In this document: positions 27,241-40,048 of the stretch, piece after piece | Layout: each line of letters opens with the position of its first letter | Numbering within the stretch: position 1 is the stretch's first letter | Assembly (NCBI GenBank): GCA_964016885.1 | Contig: OZ024741.1 | Span: 381,424,001-381,488,000 of the forward strand | DNA length: 64,000 nucleotides | Reading direction: 5' to 3' | Source: Eledone cirrhosa | Taxonomy: Eukaryota | Notes under the pieces: model-generated | Seen by the model: only the letters and a program-made list of their open reading frames with translations | The model's database searches: none | Told to the model about the DNA's origin: nothing | Translations under genes and position numbers: made by a program

Positions 27241-27455
27241 AATTGTTTCTATTTTGGGAACAAGACCAGCAATTTTCGGGATGGGGAAATTCGATTAAAT
27301 CGACCCCAGTGCATTGCTGGTGCTTTATTTTATTGACCTCGTAAGGTTGGAAAGTAAAGCTAACATCGGCGCGATTTGAACTCAGATCGTAAATCGGCGT
27401 AACCCTATGCAATAAAGCCCATTGTCCGACGCTCTACCGACTCTGCCAACCCACT
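27241..27455 (-). mobile_element. tRNA-derived SINE
   Basis: A box, B box, core and tail on the reverse strand. Confidence 0.78.
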
Positions 27456-28294
27456 CATCCTGAAATATTTTAATAATGAATTTATAGCATCACAATAAGG
27501 GAAGTTACTCAGCATTATAGAAATAGCACAACGATATCCGCCATATAAAACATATGCGCCTAATAATTTTCTTTTCTATCTCACTACCTTATAAGGATAT
27601 TCTAGCGATCCATTAATTAGTTGCTGAAGTAAATTTAATTAGATTCTTACATACAAATTAGATTTTGTTGTGCTTTACTATATTTAATAAGCCAATAAAC
27701 ACCATAAAACATAACATTAAAAATAACTTACCACAAACTGTCAGTTCAGTTTCTCATCAATAACGCCGTAAGGTACAGAAAGTGCTTCAAATAAACATAA
27801 TACGAAACAAAACTAAATCGAAATATTAGTGAATGGTACGAACAGTGTATATTATATTCCACACAACAGAACATTAGCTATGTAAGCTTTACATATTTAA
27901 AATAAAACTCAAATATCGATGAAGAGATACATTGCCTGTTGAATAAATTATAGAATAAATAGTATTTAACTGTTGAACCATTTCTTTGTTTGGCGAAGTT
28001 GATACATTTCGAATATTGTTTTATGCGTACTATAAATCGCATGGCAATAATAACGCGCTATCTTCATTTAATTCTGAATATGAGAAAGACAATGCTTGAA
28101 AATGTTAAAAGACCCAAGATCGTCACAGAAAATATATAAGAATAATCATAACGACAATTTCAAAGTCTAAAGCTGCAACGTTTTCATTCTTATATATTCT
28201 TGCACATACACACCCCCATTCCTGGACAACCCTATCTATAGCGTCCACCCCAAATGACAACTGTCTGCCTTTCTCCCTCTCTATCTCCCTACAG

Positions 28295-28765
28295 AGACCT
28301 ATACTCTGCTAAGAGTATTGCAATCGCTTGTAACAGATCCTGAAGAAACAATGCCTGTGCTTTGAAGGTTTTTTTAAGTGGGGAAAGGCCTTGCAATCGA
28401 CCAACCCCACTCGCTGAGCATCGAAAACACTACCCGAAAAGGAGAACTTGTCAAAATCATCGAATGCTTCCGAAGCCGCAGGTATTTTTTTCTGAGTGTC
28501 CCGCTCTTAGAAAGGTGTTGTGACAACAGCTGGGAGCCTTTCACTCCCAGGAGGAAAAAAATACTATTTGGATGGCCGTTGACTCTGTTGAGTTCCTCTG
28601 CCCTTCACCGTATCTTGTATTTTATCCCGCAGGCTATCAAAATATCACCCTCCTCACTCACCAAGGAAGCTTGGTGGAGTTGCGAGTTTATTCGCCGACG
28701 ACCCAACCACGAGACAGGTTGTACTTGGTTACATGTTACCAGTAGCGGTCGATAGCGACCTGACA
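28295..28765 (-). mobile_element. RTE-derived non-autonomous element (inverted-head type)
   Basis: Homologous to segments of 40883-41290 and to 51532-52143. Confidence 0.65.
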
Positions 28766-28766
28766 T

Positions 28767-28797
<31 letters not shown>

Positions 28798-28880
28798 CTT
28801 ATACATACATACATGCATACATACATACACGTATAGATACATGCACGCCGATGTGTGTGTTTGTAGATACATATATATAT

Positions 28881-29252
28881 TAGGTCGCACTCGAGTAACA
28901 TGTAACCCAGTACAACATGTCTCATGGTCGAGTCGTCAGTGACTAAACCGGCAACCCCACCAAGCGTGGTTGGTGAGGAGGGTGATATTTGGACACCCTG
29001 TGGGATGAAATTGAAGAGCTGGTAAAGGGCAGATGAACTCAGCAGAGTCAATGGCCTTTCAAATAGTACTTTTCTTTTATTCTTTTTTTTATTTACCTCG
29101 GAGTGAATGCGCCCCAGTTCTGGTCACAACCCTTTCTAAGAGAGGGAAGCTCTGAAAAGAAAAATGATGTTTAACTGTTCCCCTTTACGGGTAGTGTTTT
29201 CGCACTTTAAAAAAACCTTTAATCCAAGGCATTGCTTGTTCAGGATCTGTTA
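28881..29252 (+). mobile_element. RTE-derived non-autonomous element (inverted-head type), head-to-head with the previous copy
   Basis: Diverged inverted homolog of 28330-28760 across a microsatellite spacer. Confidence 0.65.
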
Positions 29253-29521
29253 TAAGTTCGTGTATCTGGCCTTTGCCTCAAAGTACACCATTTTCTGTAA
29301 TGTGAGAAGCTATTGTAAAACTCTAAGTTTGCAGGCAACATATATGCGACTGATCTGGTAACCTGATACCCTAGTCAGTTCACAAGCAGCAACACATATT
29401 GGAATATCTATCTCCCACAAACATAAGAACTGCTACTTGCGAATTTCTGACAAAAGCTTACTGGTCAGCGAATGAAATAACACGTATGACCGGCAACATA
29501 TCAATGGATATTTACATCTCG

Positions 29522-29593
29522 TTCTGTCTGACGAGAATACGTAGGGCAGTTGTTATACAACTGCCTTACGTCTTTGAAATAAGTATAACAAAA
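29522..29593 (+). ncRNA. Hammerhead-like motif with a long stem II (PLE terminal remnant)
   Basis: CTGACGA-GAAT-ACGTAGGGCAGTTG-TTATA-CAACTGCCTTACGT-CTTT-GAAA-TAAG-TA. Confidence 0.55.
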
Positions 29594-29630
29594 TCAATAG
29601 GGATGTACAGATGAAACCATCTTTCTCGTT

Positions 29631-32627
29631 TATTATTATTATTATTATTATTATTATTTGCATTTATCTTGCTTTATGTTTATACGAGTTATCACCAAGT
29701 CACAACCAGTGACCTCAAGAGACAACAAGGTCCGCCATGTTCAAGAAAGAACATACATATTTACACATGCACCCTTAGTGTTTAGACTTGTGATGTACTT
29801 ATATTGACAGGATCTTCCTTAGTATATGGGCAGTTCCCATTAGTACTATCTTTTGTATTTCTCCTATACGCGGGTTTCCTGGGATTTGCGATAAGTAGTC
29901 GTTAGACCCCTTAGGTATCATTCCCAGAGCGCCTACAACCACTGGTATTGTTTTAGTTCTCAATTTCCACATTTTTCCAATTTCTATCTCCAGGTCCTTA
30001 TACTTGCTCAATTTTTCAAATGTTTTTATAGATACATTCTTGTCTATTGGAACAGACATATCAATTAGCAGGCATACCCTCTTTTGAAAGTCCTTCAATA
30101 TTATATCAGGTCTATTTGCATCTATTTTTCGGTCTGTTTGGATGCTAAAGTTCCACAAGATTGAGATGTGATCTTTTTCAAGTATGGAATGTGGTTGATG
30201 CTCCCACCAATTCTTTTGATGGGGCAGGTCAAAATGCTTACACATTATCCAATGTATGTATTGTGCAGCTCTGTCATGCCTGTTTAGGTATTCGGTTGGA
30301 GCTATAGGACTGCACATTGAAATTATATGGTCAATGGTCTCTGGTTGTTTTTTGCATACACGGCATAATGGGCTGCACCCATTTTTTATTATGTTGGCTT
30401 GGTAATTTTTTGTTGGCAGACACTGATCTTGTGCGGATATAATCAGTCCTTCAGTCTCCGATTTCAGTCCAGAGGATGCCAACCACTGATGGGTTAAAGT
30501 TTTGTCAACATCAGGATTGTTAGCTCGCTCTGGGTATTTTCCATACAGAGGCTTTTCTTGCCATTTCTTAGCCAGTTTCTGTAGCAGTTCTTTCTTTGCA
30601 GTTACTTTTACCTGCTTTGCTTTTTCTGTGTTTTCCATTTCAGCAGTAAATGGGACTTCTGAAATTTGTAGTCCATTACTGTATCTTTCTGCATCTTTTG
30701 TAATGGAATATGATCTTTTGGTGCTTTCGTGTTTCAAAACGAGTTTGATCATCCAATCATGTGATTCCCTTAGATATGTGGATAATCCAATTGTTGCAGT
30801 TTTCAACGCAATGTCTAACTGGATTAACCCACGTCCTCCTTCTTTCCTAGGGAGATATATTCTATCTATGTCTGCCTTAGGGTGATGCATTCTGTGCATG
30901 GTTAAGAATTTTCGGATTTTTGTATCGAGCCTACGGATCTCTGTGCTTGACCAGTTGATGACATTGTAACTGTAGGTTACTACTGGTATGGCAAGCGTGT
31001 TTATGGCATCGATCCTATTCCTTGCATTCAATTCCGTTCTTAAGATTGCTCTGACTCTGCGGTAACATTCCTTCCTTATCCTTTCCCTCATTGTCGAGTG
31101 CTTGATTCCGTCTCCTTCACAAACACCTAGATATTTGTAAGTTTGTTCTTGATCAAGCTCTCTTATCACGTTCCCCCGATCAAGATTAATGTCTGAACTC
31201 TTCAGCAGCTTTCCTCTGGTGAACGTTGCTTTGGCGCATTTATCCAGTCCAAACTCCATTTTAATGTCATCACTGAACTGCTTCACAGTGGATAATAACC
31301 CTTGCAATTGTTCATCATTTTTTGCAAATAGTTTCAGGTCATCCATGTAGAACAGGTGATTAATGGTTTTGTCATAGACTCTATATCCATGTTTTGTTTC
31401 ATTGAGCATTTTACTTAATGGTATAAGTGCGATGCAGAATAAAAGCGGTGATAAAGAGTCACCCTGAAAAATTCCACAATTAATGTTAACTTCTCCAGCT
31501 TCCAGTGATTTTGTTTCACTATTCAAAAGGAGTGTCGTTCTCCACGTCCTCATACTGAATGACAAAAACCTCCTGACAACGGGGGATATTTTGAAAATCT
31601 CTAAACATTTTTCAATCCAACTGTGTGGCAAACTATCAAATGCTTTTTTATAATCTATCCAAGCAATCGATAGATTTTTGTGTCTATTATGACAATCTTC
31701 CAGTATCATTTTGTTAACCAGAAGCTGATCCTTACAGCCATATGAGCCTCGTTTACACCCTTTCTGCTCAATGGGAAATAGGTCATTTGTTATCAGGTGG
31801 TCATATGTGTATTCAGTTAGGACTGATGTTAACATTTTATACATTGTGGTCAAGCAGGTTATCGGTCTGTAATTTTTGGGATTGTTTGTCTCATCATTCT
31901 TCGGTAGCAGGAATGTAATGCCGTTAACTAGCCATGATGGTATCTTTTCTGGCTCCTTAACTATTTCATTGTAAAGTTGGGCTAACAGCTCATGAGACTC
32001 TGTGAAGGCATTTATCCAAAAGCTTTGTATTTTGTCTTTTCCTGGGGATTTCCATTTGCTGGTTTTTCTTAGAGCCAAGCGCAGCTGTTCAACTGTTATA
32101 TTTTCCCATGTTTGTTCTTCAAGGTGAGCTGTTTCTTTCATTTGTCTGTCTATCCATGGGGCATGTATGTTATGAACTTTTTCTTCGGCCCAGATCTTTT
32201 CCCAGAATTCCTGCACTTCCTCCTTGGGTGGTATTGATTTAGCAGTTATTGTTGACTTACCAATTTTTCTGTAGAAGTTTCTTTGGTTGTTTTTGAACAT
32301 ATTATTGTCCTTATAGAATCTAGTTCGTTTTTCAAAGCGCCTTATACGAGCAGCTTTGGCCGACACTTTTTGCTTGATTGTTTCTATCAGCATGTCTATG
32401 TCACATGTTGATCTTATACTGTACTTTTTTTTCAATTTTCTAAGTTTAGTTTGTTTAACATGTTCACCTACTTTATAGTTTGTTAAAATTTATATGTCAG
32501 ATCGGAGAAGGTTTATTTGGCGATTGATGTTATCTTGCCAAGTAGATTTCTTGTGGGAATTCCTTTGTTTTTTCATCTTCACTCCACATAAGTGAGTGGT
32601 GACTTTAGCCGATGCATAATAGAGATA

Positions 32628-32629
<2 letters not shown>
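29631..32629 (-). mobile_element. R4/Dong family B copy, 5'-truncated, nearly intact
   Basis: 878-aa open frame plus an upstream in-frame segment, a ~140-nt 3' UTR, and (TAA)n on both sides. Confidence 0.92.
29799..32435 (-). CDS. R4/Dong family B RT-CCHC-RLE reading frame (N-terminus missing)
   Basis: Motifs [58 protein letters not shown] and NRPDIILKD. Upstream in-frame stop at 32490-32492. Confidence 0.85.
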   Translation of the reverse strand: MKKKYSIRSTCDIDMLIETIKQKVSAKAARIRRFEKRTRFYKDNNMFKNNQRNFYRKIGKSTITAKSIPPKEEVQEFWEKIWAEEKVHNIHAPWIDRQMKETAHLEEQTWENITVEQLRLALRKTSKWKSPGKDKIQSFWINAFTESHELLAQLYNEIVKEPEKIPSWLVNGITFLLPKNDETNNPKNYRPITCLTTMYKMLTSVLTEYTYDHLITNDLFPIEQKGCKRGSYGCKDQLLVNKMILEDCHNRHKNLSIAWIDYKKAFDSLPHSWIEKCLEIFKISPVVRRFLSFSMRTWRTTLLLNSETKSLEAGEVNINCGIFQGDSLSPLLFCIALIPLSKMLNETKHGYRVYDKTINHLFYMDDLKLFAKNDEQLQGLLSTVKQFSDDIKMEFGLDKCAKATFTRGKLLKSSDINLDRGNVIRELDQEQTYKYLGVCEGDGIKHSTMRERIRKECYRRVRAILRTELNARNRIDAINTLAIPVVTYSYNVINWSSTEIRRLDTKIRKFLTMHRMHHPKADIDRIYLPRKEGGRGLIQLDIALKTATIGLSTYLRESHDWMIKLVLKHESTKRSYSITKDAERYSNGLQISEVPFTAEMENTEKAKQVKVTAKKELLQKLAKKWQEKPLYGKYPERANNPDVDKTLTHQWLASSGLKSETEGLIISAQDQCLPTKNYQANIIKNGCSPLCRVCKKQPETIDHIISMCSPIAPTEYLNRHDRAAQYIHWIMCKHFDLPHQKNWWEHQPHSILEKDHISILWNFSIQTDRKIDANRPDIILKDFQKRVCLLIDMSVPIDKNVSIKTFEKLSKYKDLEIEIGKMWKLRTKTIPVVVGALGMIPKGSNDYLSQIPGNPRIGEIQKIVLMGTAHILRKILSI

Positions 32630-32697
<68 letters not shown>

Positions 32698-33957
32698 GCT
32701 CTTTGAGTCTCAGTCATTGATGTTATTTAACTGGAAAGTTTGTTGAAATGAATATCAACCCACTACCTGGAGCCTAAGATATTCAGGACGTATCGGAGGG
32801 TTCTTGCTGTTCCAAGCAAGCATGCCTCTTGAAGTGTTCCAAAAAGGGGGGCAGGACCAATTTTCTTTAACCATCCCTGGAAACTTTTTGAAGTAGTACC
32901 TAGTGCGCCTATGACAATCGGGACCACTTTGACTTCATGGCAGTTCCAAATCCTTTTTACCTCCCACTTTAAGTCCTGGTATCGGTTAATTTTCTCTCTC
33001 CCATTCTCTTGCACTCTCGTGTCGAATGGGCAGGCCACATCCACAATCAGGCACGATCTTTTTTCTTTGTCCACAACCACCAGGTCAGGTCTATTGTGTT
33101 CCAGTTTCTTGTCCGTCTGTATCCTAAAATCACACAGCACCTTCACCTGATCGTTTTCTATCACCGACTCTGGCTTATGCTCATACCACTTCTCAGAATG
33201 TGGTAAATTGTTTACTTTGCATAGGTGCCAGTGGATCACCCTGCCCATCACATCATGTCTCCAGCCCTTATAGTGAGTCTGGGCTAGGTGTTTACACTCG
33301 GATACAATGTGAGCCACAGTCTCCTCTCTCTCTCTCCACAGATCCTGCACAGTGGGATAGACTCCTCCTTGTAAATATGGTGTTTCAACCACTTCGTTTT
33401 GAGGTCCTGCTCTTGCGCAGCCATTAACATTCCTTCTGTAGCCTTTTTAAGGTCTCCTCTTTTCAACCAGTTCCATGTCTGTGGATCTCTGAATTCAGTT
33501 TTCTCAAAGAAGGTACGATGAAGGGATTTTTCCTGAAGGCTGCTCTTTCTCCTTGATGTTATTTCCTCCTTGGACATCCCCTGGTCTATTGTCCTCTCCT
33601 TCAGTACAGTTCTGAGCATTGGCCCCTTACTATCAGTCACGTATTTGTGTAGGTTGTTTTCTCCATCTGAACACAGTCCTCTATGCTGATAAGACTTCTT
33701 CCACCTTCAGATCTCCTTAACTAGAGTCTATCGACATCACTCCTCTTGTGGAACATGTTGTAGATAGTCAATAGCTTCCTAGTCTTCCTATCCATTTCTT
33801 TTTGTTCAGCAACATTCCATCTCAGAATTCCCGCACTGTACCTAATAATAGACACAGCTCGGGAATTTACTGCACTTATGGCATTCCTACTGTTCAGATG
33901 TGACTTTAATACGCTCCTTACTCTCCGAATGTATTCAGTTCTTATCAATTCCTTCAT
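32630..33957 (-). mobile_element. R4/Dong family A-related copy 5, 5'-truncated
   Basis: [20 protein letters not shown]...LGTARTLRYVLNI with a frameshift and stops, family A 3' UTR and (TAA)n tail. Confidence 0.9.
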
Positions 33958-33966
33958 TATTATTAT

Positions 33967-34146
33967 GTGGATTGGCAGTATCGGTAGAGGGTCGGACGCC
34001 ATGCTTTCCAGCATAGTTACGTCCCTTTACGATCTGAGTTCAAATCCCGCCGAGGTTGACTTTGCCTTTCATCCTTACGGGGTCGATAAAATAAAGTACC
34101 AGTAATGCACTGGGTAAATACTGGCCTTGTGCCTAAAGTAGAAACA

Positions 34147-34162
<16 letters not shown>
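33967..34162 (+). mobile_element. tRNA-derived SINE, near full length
   Basis: A box 33973-33984, B box 34036-34047, core and (TTA)n tail. Confidence 0.87.
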
Positions 34163-34196
<34 letters not shown>

Positions 34197-34896
34197 TGTA
34201 AATATGGGTGTATATATGTATATATATGATGCTTGTATATAGTTTGTAAATATAAGAGGATATTCCTTTTCTGAATAAGTGTCTTCTTTGTATACGTATT
34301 TGTATTCATCTTTTCAATGACACCAATAAGTAGCAACACGCCAGCATTCTTATATGTATAGAATACAATATTAACTACACAAAATTGAATTGAATAATAA
34401 CGTTTCTATACGATTTGTTTACTTTGAAATTAAAACAAAACTTTTTGTCACTTTGTTAGATGAGGAAACTGCAACTTTAAAAAATCGTTATCATCCATAT
34501 TTTATCAGTTACTTTATTATGAAACACAGAATACTATCAAAAATTTAATCATTTGTACTCAACTGTCTTTTGCTTCTTTTCAGATTTGGACGCGATTAAA
34601 ACTTAGTTTGTACATAATTTATAATATTACATTCTTACTTAGGAAAATAGAGAGGTTTAACAGTGCAACGATATGTTGCTTTTGCTGATAGTTTTCTTTC
34701 ATATACATTAGTTCCAAGTAGAATCGGAAGACCCCAGCTATTATCTGACAGCACAGAAGCCAACAAGTGAATATGGTGAAATACCACTATGACAGAATGT
34801 GTGCTAGCATGTAATAAGGAATCGGGGAAATTTTATCCCGGTTTCATCGGGGGTGCGCACAGTAAATAAGGTATTATTCCATTCGGTATAGATCAT

Positions 34897-34942
34897 CAGG
34901 GCTTGCTGATGATTTCTCCCGAATGAAATAGTTTTAGTCCTG
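34897..34942 (+). ncRNA. Minimal hammerhead motif (family also at 43315-43351, -)
   Basis: CAGGGCT..CTGATGA-T-TTC-TCCC-GAA-T-GAAA-TAGT-TT..AGTCCTG. Confidence 0.55.
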
Positions 34943-35098
34943 TAGAAGCCATTTCTATATTAAATATATATATATATATATATATTAGTAAACGGAAAAG
35001 AAAATGCTGACAAATTTTTCCCAGCGAAAAATAGTTTAATTAGGAATAAGCAAAAATTAGTAATAAGTATTGGTTAGTATTCAGTTTTAGTTTTAAGC

Positions 35099-35134
35099 TT
35101 TTACCGGTTGCGCATTTCTAATGCTTTTCAAAAA
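35099..35134 (-). ncRNA. Minimal hammerhead motif, U3-A8 variant (one core mismatch)
   Basis: TTT-TTGAAAA-GCAT-TAGAA-ATGC-GCAA-CCGG-TA-AAA. Confidence 0.55.
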
Positions 35135-35538
35135 AAATTTTGAGATAGAGCGCCCGTGATGTTTGCTCTAGTCTGATCAGTTTGGGAAATTCTACCTGTT
35201 TTATGTAAAAAAAGTGGCTCCAGAGGTATTAAGATTTGGTTGGTTGTTGAATGTCACGTGAATGAGTACTGTAAGTTTCGCGCCAATTCGTGTTGCAAAA
35301 ATTCTTGTAGTCAAAACAATTTTGATTGGTCGGTAGAGGCCACGCGAATGTTAAAAATTGATTTTGCGCCAAATGTAGGTTTGTCGAAGAGTGTCCTTTT
35401 CGGCCTGATTGAGAAGTCACTGAAAAATAAGTCTTTTAAGACAAATATATGTTGTGATAATGGTCAATATGGATGTGTGTGTGAATTGCAGCCATTTTGA
35501 AAGGTCAACAGTTCAGGTGTCTATTAAGACAAATATGT

Positions 35539-35584
<46 letters not shown>

Positions 35585-36269
35585 CAGCGTGATTCGTGGT
35601 AGAGGGATTCGGTCAGTAGGAATGTGTCTTTACGTGTGTGGGGGATACTTTAACATGTTGAAAGATATTTTTCAGCTCTTGTCTTATACGGAGAAGTGTG
35701 TGTGTGTGTGTGTGTATATATGTCTGTTTGTATGTTAGTGTACGCGTGTGTATGTGTGTGTATATATATGTGTGTGTATATGTGTGTATGTGTGTGTGTG
35801 TGTGTAGGTGGACCAGTATTTTTGTGATACTGGTAAAAATGGTGTACATTATTCGATATTTTCAGTAATTTGCAAAAACTATTCTCTCAAAAGAACATCA
35901 CAAACATTAATAATAACAGGGGTGAAATGATATATAGTATTGTCATAACACCAAGGTGTTTGTGAGTGTCCAGATTGTACGTACTGTAAGGGGAATCCAT
36001 TAGGCCCTGCCGTATGGGAATACTTGTGTACAAATATGTATGAGCACATCAGTGTGCAATGCATGTGTGCGTATATGTATGCGTGTGTGTCGGCACGTTT
36101 ATATCTATAGACATCAAAATGTATGCATATTTGTGTATATTTGTGTTGCACCATACAACATGTGTGTTTACGTATGTCATTGTGTTTATATGTGGATAGA
36201 GATGTATGTAGGGTGTATGCTGATGTAGGTATGTAAGTTGACGTGTGTATGTTGTGGGTTCGTCATAGG

Positions 36270-37254
36270 GAGAAGTGTTTTGACGGGGTCCGTATTTGTT
36301 AATAAAGTGAGATTCCTTGCTGATGCGCTGGGTGAGGGTGGCATTATCTTTAAATCTGTAGAGGGGAAAGATTCTAAAGTTGGGATGATTTTGGGCGGCA
36401 CAGGTATCAACGTGTTCACTCAGTGGTATTTTACTGTATTCCCGTATTTTAATTTGGGATCTATGGACAGTCATGCGTTGGCGGAGGCTGTTTTTAGTCT
36501 GGCCTATGTATTGTTCTCGACAACCTGAGCAAGTTAATACATATATTAGATTTTCTGATGCGCATGTGAAATTGTGTTTTACTATAAAACGTTGTTCTTC
36601 TTTGAAATAGAATTCCGAACCCTCTATTAGGTTGATGCATATGCCACAGTTGGGTCTATCGCATTTTTTTACTGTGGGTTTCGTTGTTGTGGTTGGCAGT
36701 ACTTTGGCATGTGTTAGGATGTTTTTCATTGACCTAGATTGTCTTCTGCTCTTTATGATATCGTGTGTTTGAAGGATTTGGTTCATTCTATGGTCCTTTT
36801 TTAAAACAGGGATGTTCTGGAGGATGGTGCCAAAGGCCTCATTGTTGAGGAGGTTGTGTGTGGAGATGTATGGAAGAGCTTTTAGTTTCGGTTGATTTAC
36901 TTTAGGGTGTCTAAGGTCCTGGGCACTGAGTTTTAGGGCACGTTGGATTCCATTGTCAATTAGTGATGCAGGGTAGTCCCTGCCTATGAGTGTGTCCTTT
37001 AGTTATTGTAGCCGTAAGTAACATGTGTTTTTATTGGAGACTATAGTACAGATTCTCTTGGCTAAGTTGTAGAGAATATTAATTTTATCGTGTCTAGGGT
37101 GGCAAGAGTTGAAAGGAAGATATTGCTTGGAGTCTGTGGGCTTGTAGTATATGTCTGTTTCTATTTTTTTGTTATGAATCTTAATGAGGATGTCGAGGAA
37201 GGGGAGTTGTTGATGGCTGTATTCCATCGTAAAGTTAATATTCGTGTTGAGCAC
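36270..37254 (-). pseudogene. PLE RT C-terminus and GIY-YIG endonuclease
   Basis: INFTME..LPFLDI, TDIYYKPTD..YL..SCHP, CDRPNCGIC, FTCASENLIYVLTCSGCREQYIGQT...RQRMTVH, KESHFI. Confidence 0.85.
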
Positions 37255-37266
37255 GTTTATGATTCG

Positions 37267-37878
37267 TTATAAATGAAATTATGGTTTTCAAGTGAACAAG
37301 TTTTCATTAAATTTTCGCGCCCTTATTTCGAAATCCATTCTGTAGTCATTTTAGAGAATTTTATGACAAGTAAAAGATAATGAAAACTTGTTCACGTAAC
37401 AACCATAATTTCATTTATAACCAATCAAATTACGTTTATTAAAAATAAGCCTTCGTGAACCCCCTTTTTTAAAGTAAAAAGAAATTCAAACACTCATATA
37501 TGAAAAAACAACCTGTGACAACTCCCACTCCCTGGTTTGAAGAACTTTGTAACGCGAACTGGCGTGAAATTTATTATAATTATTGACCAACCAATCAAAT
37601 TACTTCTCGAAAAACCTGGCATTTCGATCCACTTTTTCCATATAAAACAAGTAACATTCAGAGACCAACCAGATGTGAGAAAAACCACAGACCCTCCATC
37701 TCAACTCTACTTTTGAAAAGCAGAAGAACTGCGAAACCGGTAAAGGAACCAAATAAATATAAATATATTTTTGTTTAAATAAGACTCCAGTTGCATTTTC
37801 GATTTCATCTTCTTTTCTTTATACTTTCACTCGTGTAGAACACCTCGGTTATTTTTCATTTTGTAAAAAAACCCTCAC

Positions 37879-37884
<6 letters not shown>
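37267..37884 (+). mobile_element. PLE-type 3' end with U3-A8 HHR (37709-37746) and a short 5' inversion
   Basis: 37670-37884 matches 1080-1292. Inverted repeat at 37267-37309 / 37378-37421. Confidence 0.65.
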
Positions 37885-37932
<48 letters not shown>

Positions 37933-37938
<6 letters not shown>

Positions 37939-39950
37939 ATACTTTTGGAGGGTCATGTTGCCAATAAAGAAACACACGCACCAGTTGCATTCACTTCAAT
38001 TTATTATAATAAATTTATAAATTTAGGAATTTATAAATTTCCGGTTGGTTGGTTGGTTCCACAGCCAGATGATTGTTTATATATTGTCAAAGTTCTTTTG
38101 TCACACATTCTGTGACCTCTTCAGTGACTGGGGATTCTTTTCTTTGTTTTTGTGCCTCTCCTTTGTTCTGTCCTACGCCATCTTGTTTTTGTGTGTGTTG
38201 TGTACTTAGTTTGCGCATGTGTTACATTCGGGTGTCTGTGTGTGTTTATATTTGTTTATGTATTTGTTTATTTAGATGTTACTGGCTGGTTGTTTGTTCT
38301 ATGTGCGTGTGTATTTTCATTTTGTCCTCTGTAAGTTGTGATGTTGCTGTTCCATTCATGAATGGAACAGCAACATCACAACTTACAATTAAGGACAAAA
38401 TGAAAATACACACGCACATAGAACAAACAACCAGCCAGTAACATGTAAATAAACAAATAAATAAACAAATATAAACACACACAGACACCCGGATGTAACA
38501 CATGCGCAAACTAACCACACAACACAGGTGTTCTTTTGAGGTGTTCTTTTATTCTTATGTGGAGTGGTCTTGTGGCTCTACCTACGTAGAAGTTGCTGCA
38601 TTTGTCGCAGTCTAGTCTGTATACGACGTAAGCCTGGTGGCATAGGTCTGTGTCGATGATGGGGCAGTTGGCTAGCCTGCAGCGGCTGTCATGTCTGGTG
38701 GAGTGTCTTTTGGCTAGCTGTCCGCGTAGAGAATTTCCTGAGTGGGCCCGTTGGATATCTAGTCCCTCTCGTCTGATAGCTCTGCGGATAGCTGTTGTTG
38801 TTTCGTCACTGAAGTGTGGGAGCTTCAGGAAGCAGGTGTTAGTGCCTCGGGTGCGGTGTCCTCTGTTGTTTCTGGCACGGTTTGTGGTGGATGTCATGTA
38901 TCCGTTTAGTTTGAGTACTTCCAGGAAATGTGTGGTGTGTGTGTCTCGGTCTCTAGCGTCGGTGTATTTGTTCCGGATACGTGTTAGTTCGTTCCTTATG
39001 TATCCGAACTTAGCGCCGGCTGCGAGGGCCAATCTGAAATGTACGAACAGGTCCATGCTGGCGGCTTTTTTATAGAAGCGGGTGTGGATGTTGCCTTCCT
39101 CTGTTACCCTGAGTTGGAAGACCAGTAGGGATAGGGATCCGCGGTCATCGGGGTGTTCCATGCTGAACTATATACTGGCGTCCATGCTGGAGAATGTCGT
39201 GTATATTTTATCCGCTTCCTCACGGGATGAAATAAGGATGAGTATGTCATCTACATATCGGGTGAAGAAGGCATGGGAATGGCAGGTGTTGAGGGCCCGG
39301 CATTCTAGCTGGTTCATATCGGTGATGGCCAGCAGGCCCGATAGGCTGGATCCCATGGGTAATCCTGTTGTCTGTATGTATGTGTGGTGGTGGAAGGTGA
39401 AGTACGTGTTGTCCACTGTGAAGGACAAAAGCTGGTGTATGTCCGCCGCATAGAGGCCGTAGCAGTGTAGGTCCTCTGCGACCATGCACTCAGGCAATAA
39501 AGCGACAGCTGGATGAACGGGGACTGTAGTGTAGAGGGCGACAATGTCGAGGCTAAAGGCGTATCTATTTAATTTAACTTGTTATGGTTGTAGTTGGTGT
39601 AGTTTCCGTATGACCTCGTCGGAGCCACTGACATGCCACGGAAAGGTGGAGAATTGAGACCTGGGAGAGGAGCCAGGAGATTTTCTATAGGGGTCATTAT
39701 ATGCTAGATACGATGGGTCTTATTTGTGTATTAGTACTATTCTTGCGGGTCTTGATGAGGTGATAGAAAGTGGGCAGTCTGCTATTTCTAGTAGTGTAGA
39801 TGAACTTAAATGTATTTGGGAGTTGTCTTCTCCTACAGATGTTGAACAAGATGGAGTTGGCCTGTTTTCGATCTGGGCTACAGTCATGTCCGGGATCTCT
39901 GTATATAGTTCGTTGTCGCTTAGGTGTTCAAAGGATAGGTTGCTGTATGC

Positions 39951-39952
<2 letters not shown>
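37933..39952 (-). mobile_element. Penelope-like element remnant (RT + GIY-YIG + terminal repeat)
   Basis: FSLDIVALY, YIQTTGLPMGSSLSGLLA, RYVDD, FYKK, VVYRLDCDKCSNFYVGRATRPLHIRIKEH. Palindrome at 38193-38526, HHR-like motif at 38086-38128, (TA)n flanks. Confidence 0.85.

Positions 39953-40044
<92 letters not shown>

Positions 40045-40048
<4 letters not shown>

Larger units (their letters stand above)
34986..37266 (-). mobile_element. Penelope-like element (Neptune-type), 5'-truncated
   Basis: RT thumb, Cys-rich linker and GIY-YIG, followed by a 3' region with a variant HHR that ends at (TA)n. Confidence 0.75.

Noticed and set aside
21000-28200. Possible host exons, e.g. a minus-strand GTAAGT donor near 27726-27731
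   Set aside because: No convincing reading frame, acceptor or protein similarity. Small exons cannot be excluded without RNA data.
33973-34047. tRNA gene suggested by A and B boxes
   Set aside because: No cloverleaf could be drawn, and the boxes are followed by a repeated core and (TTA)n tail, so this is a SINE.
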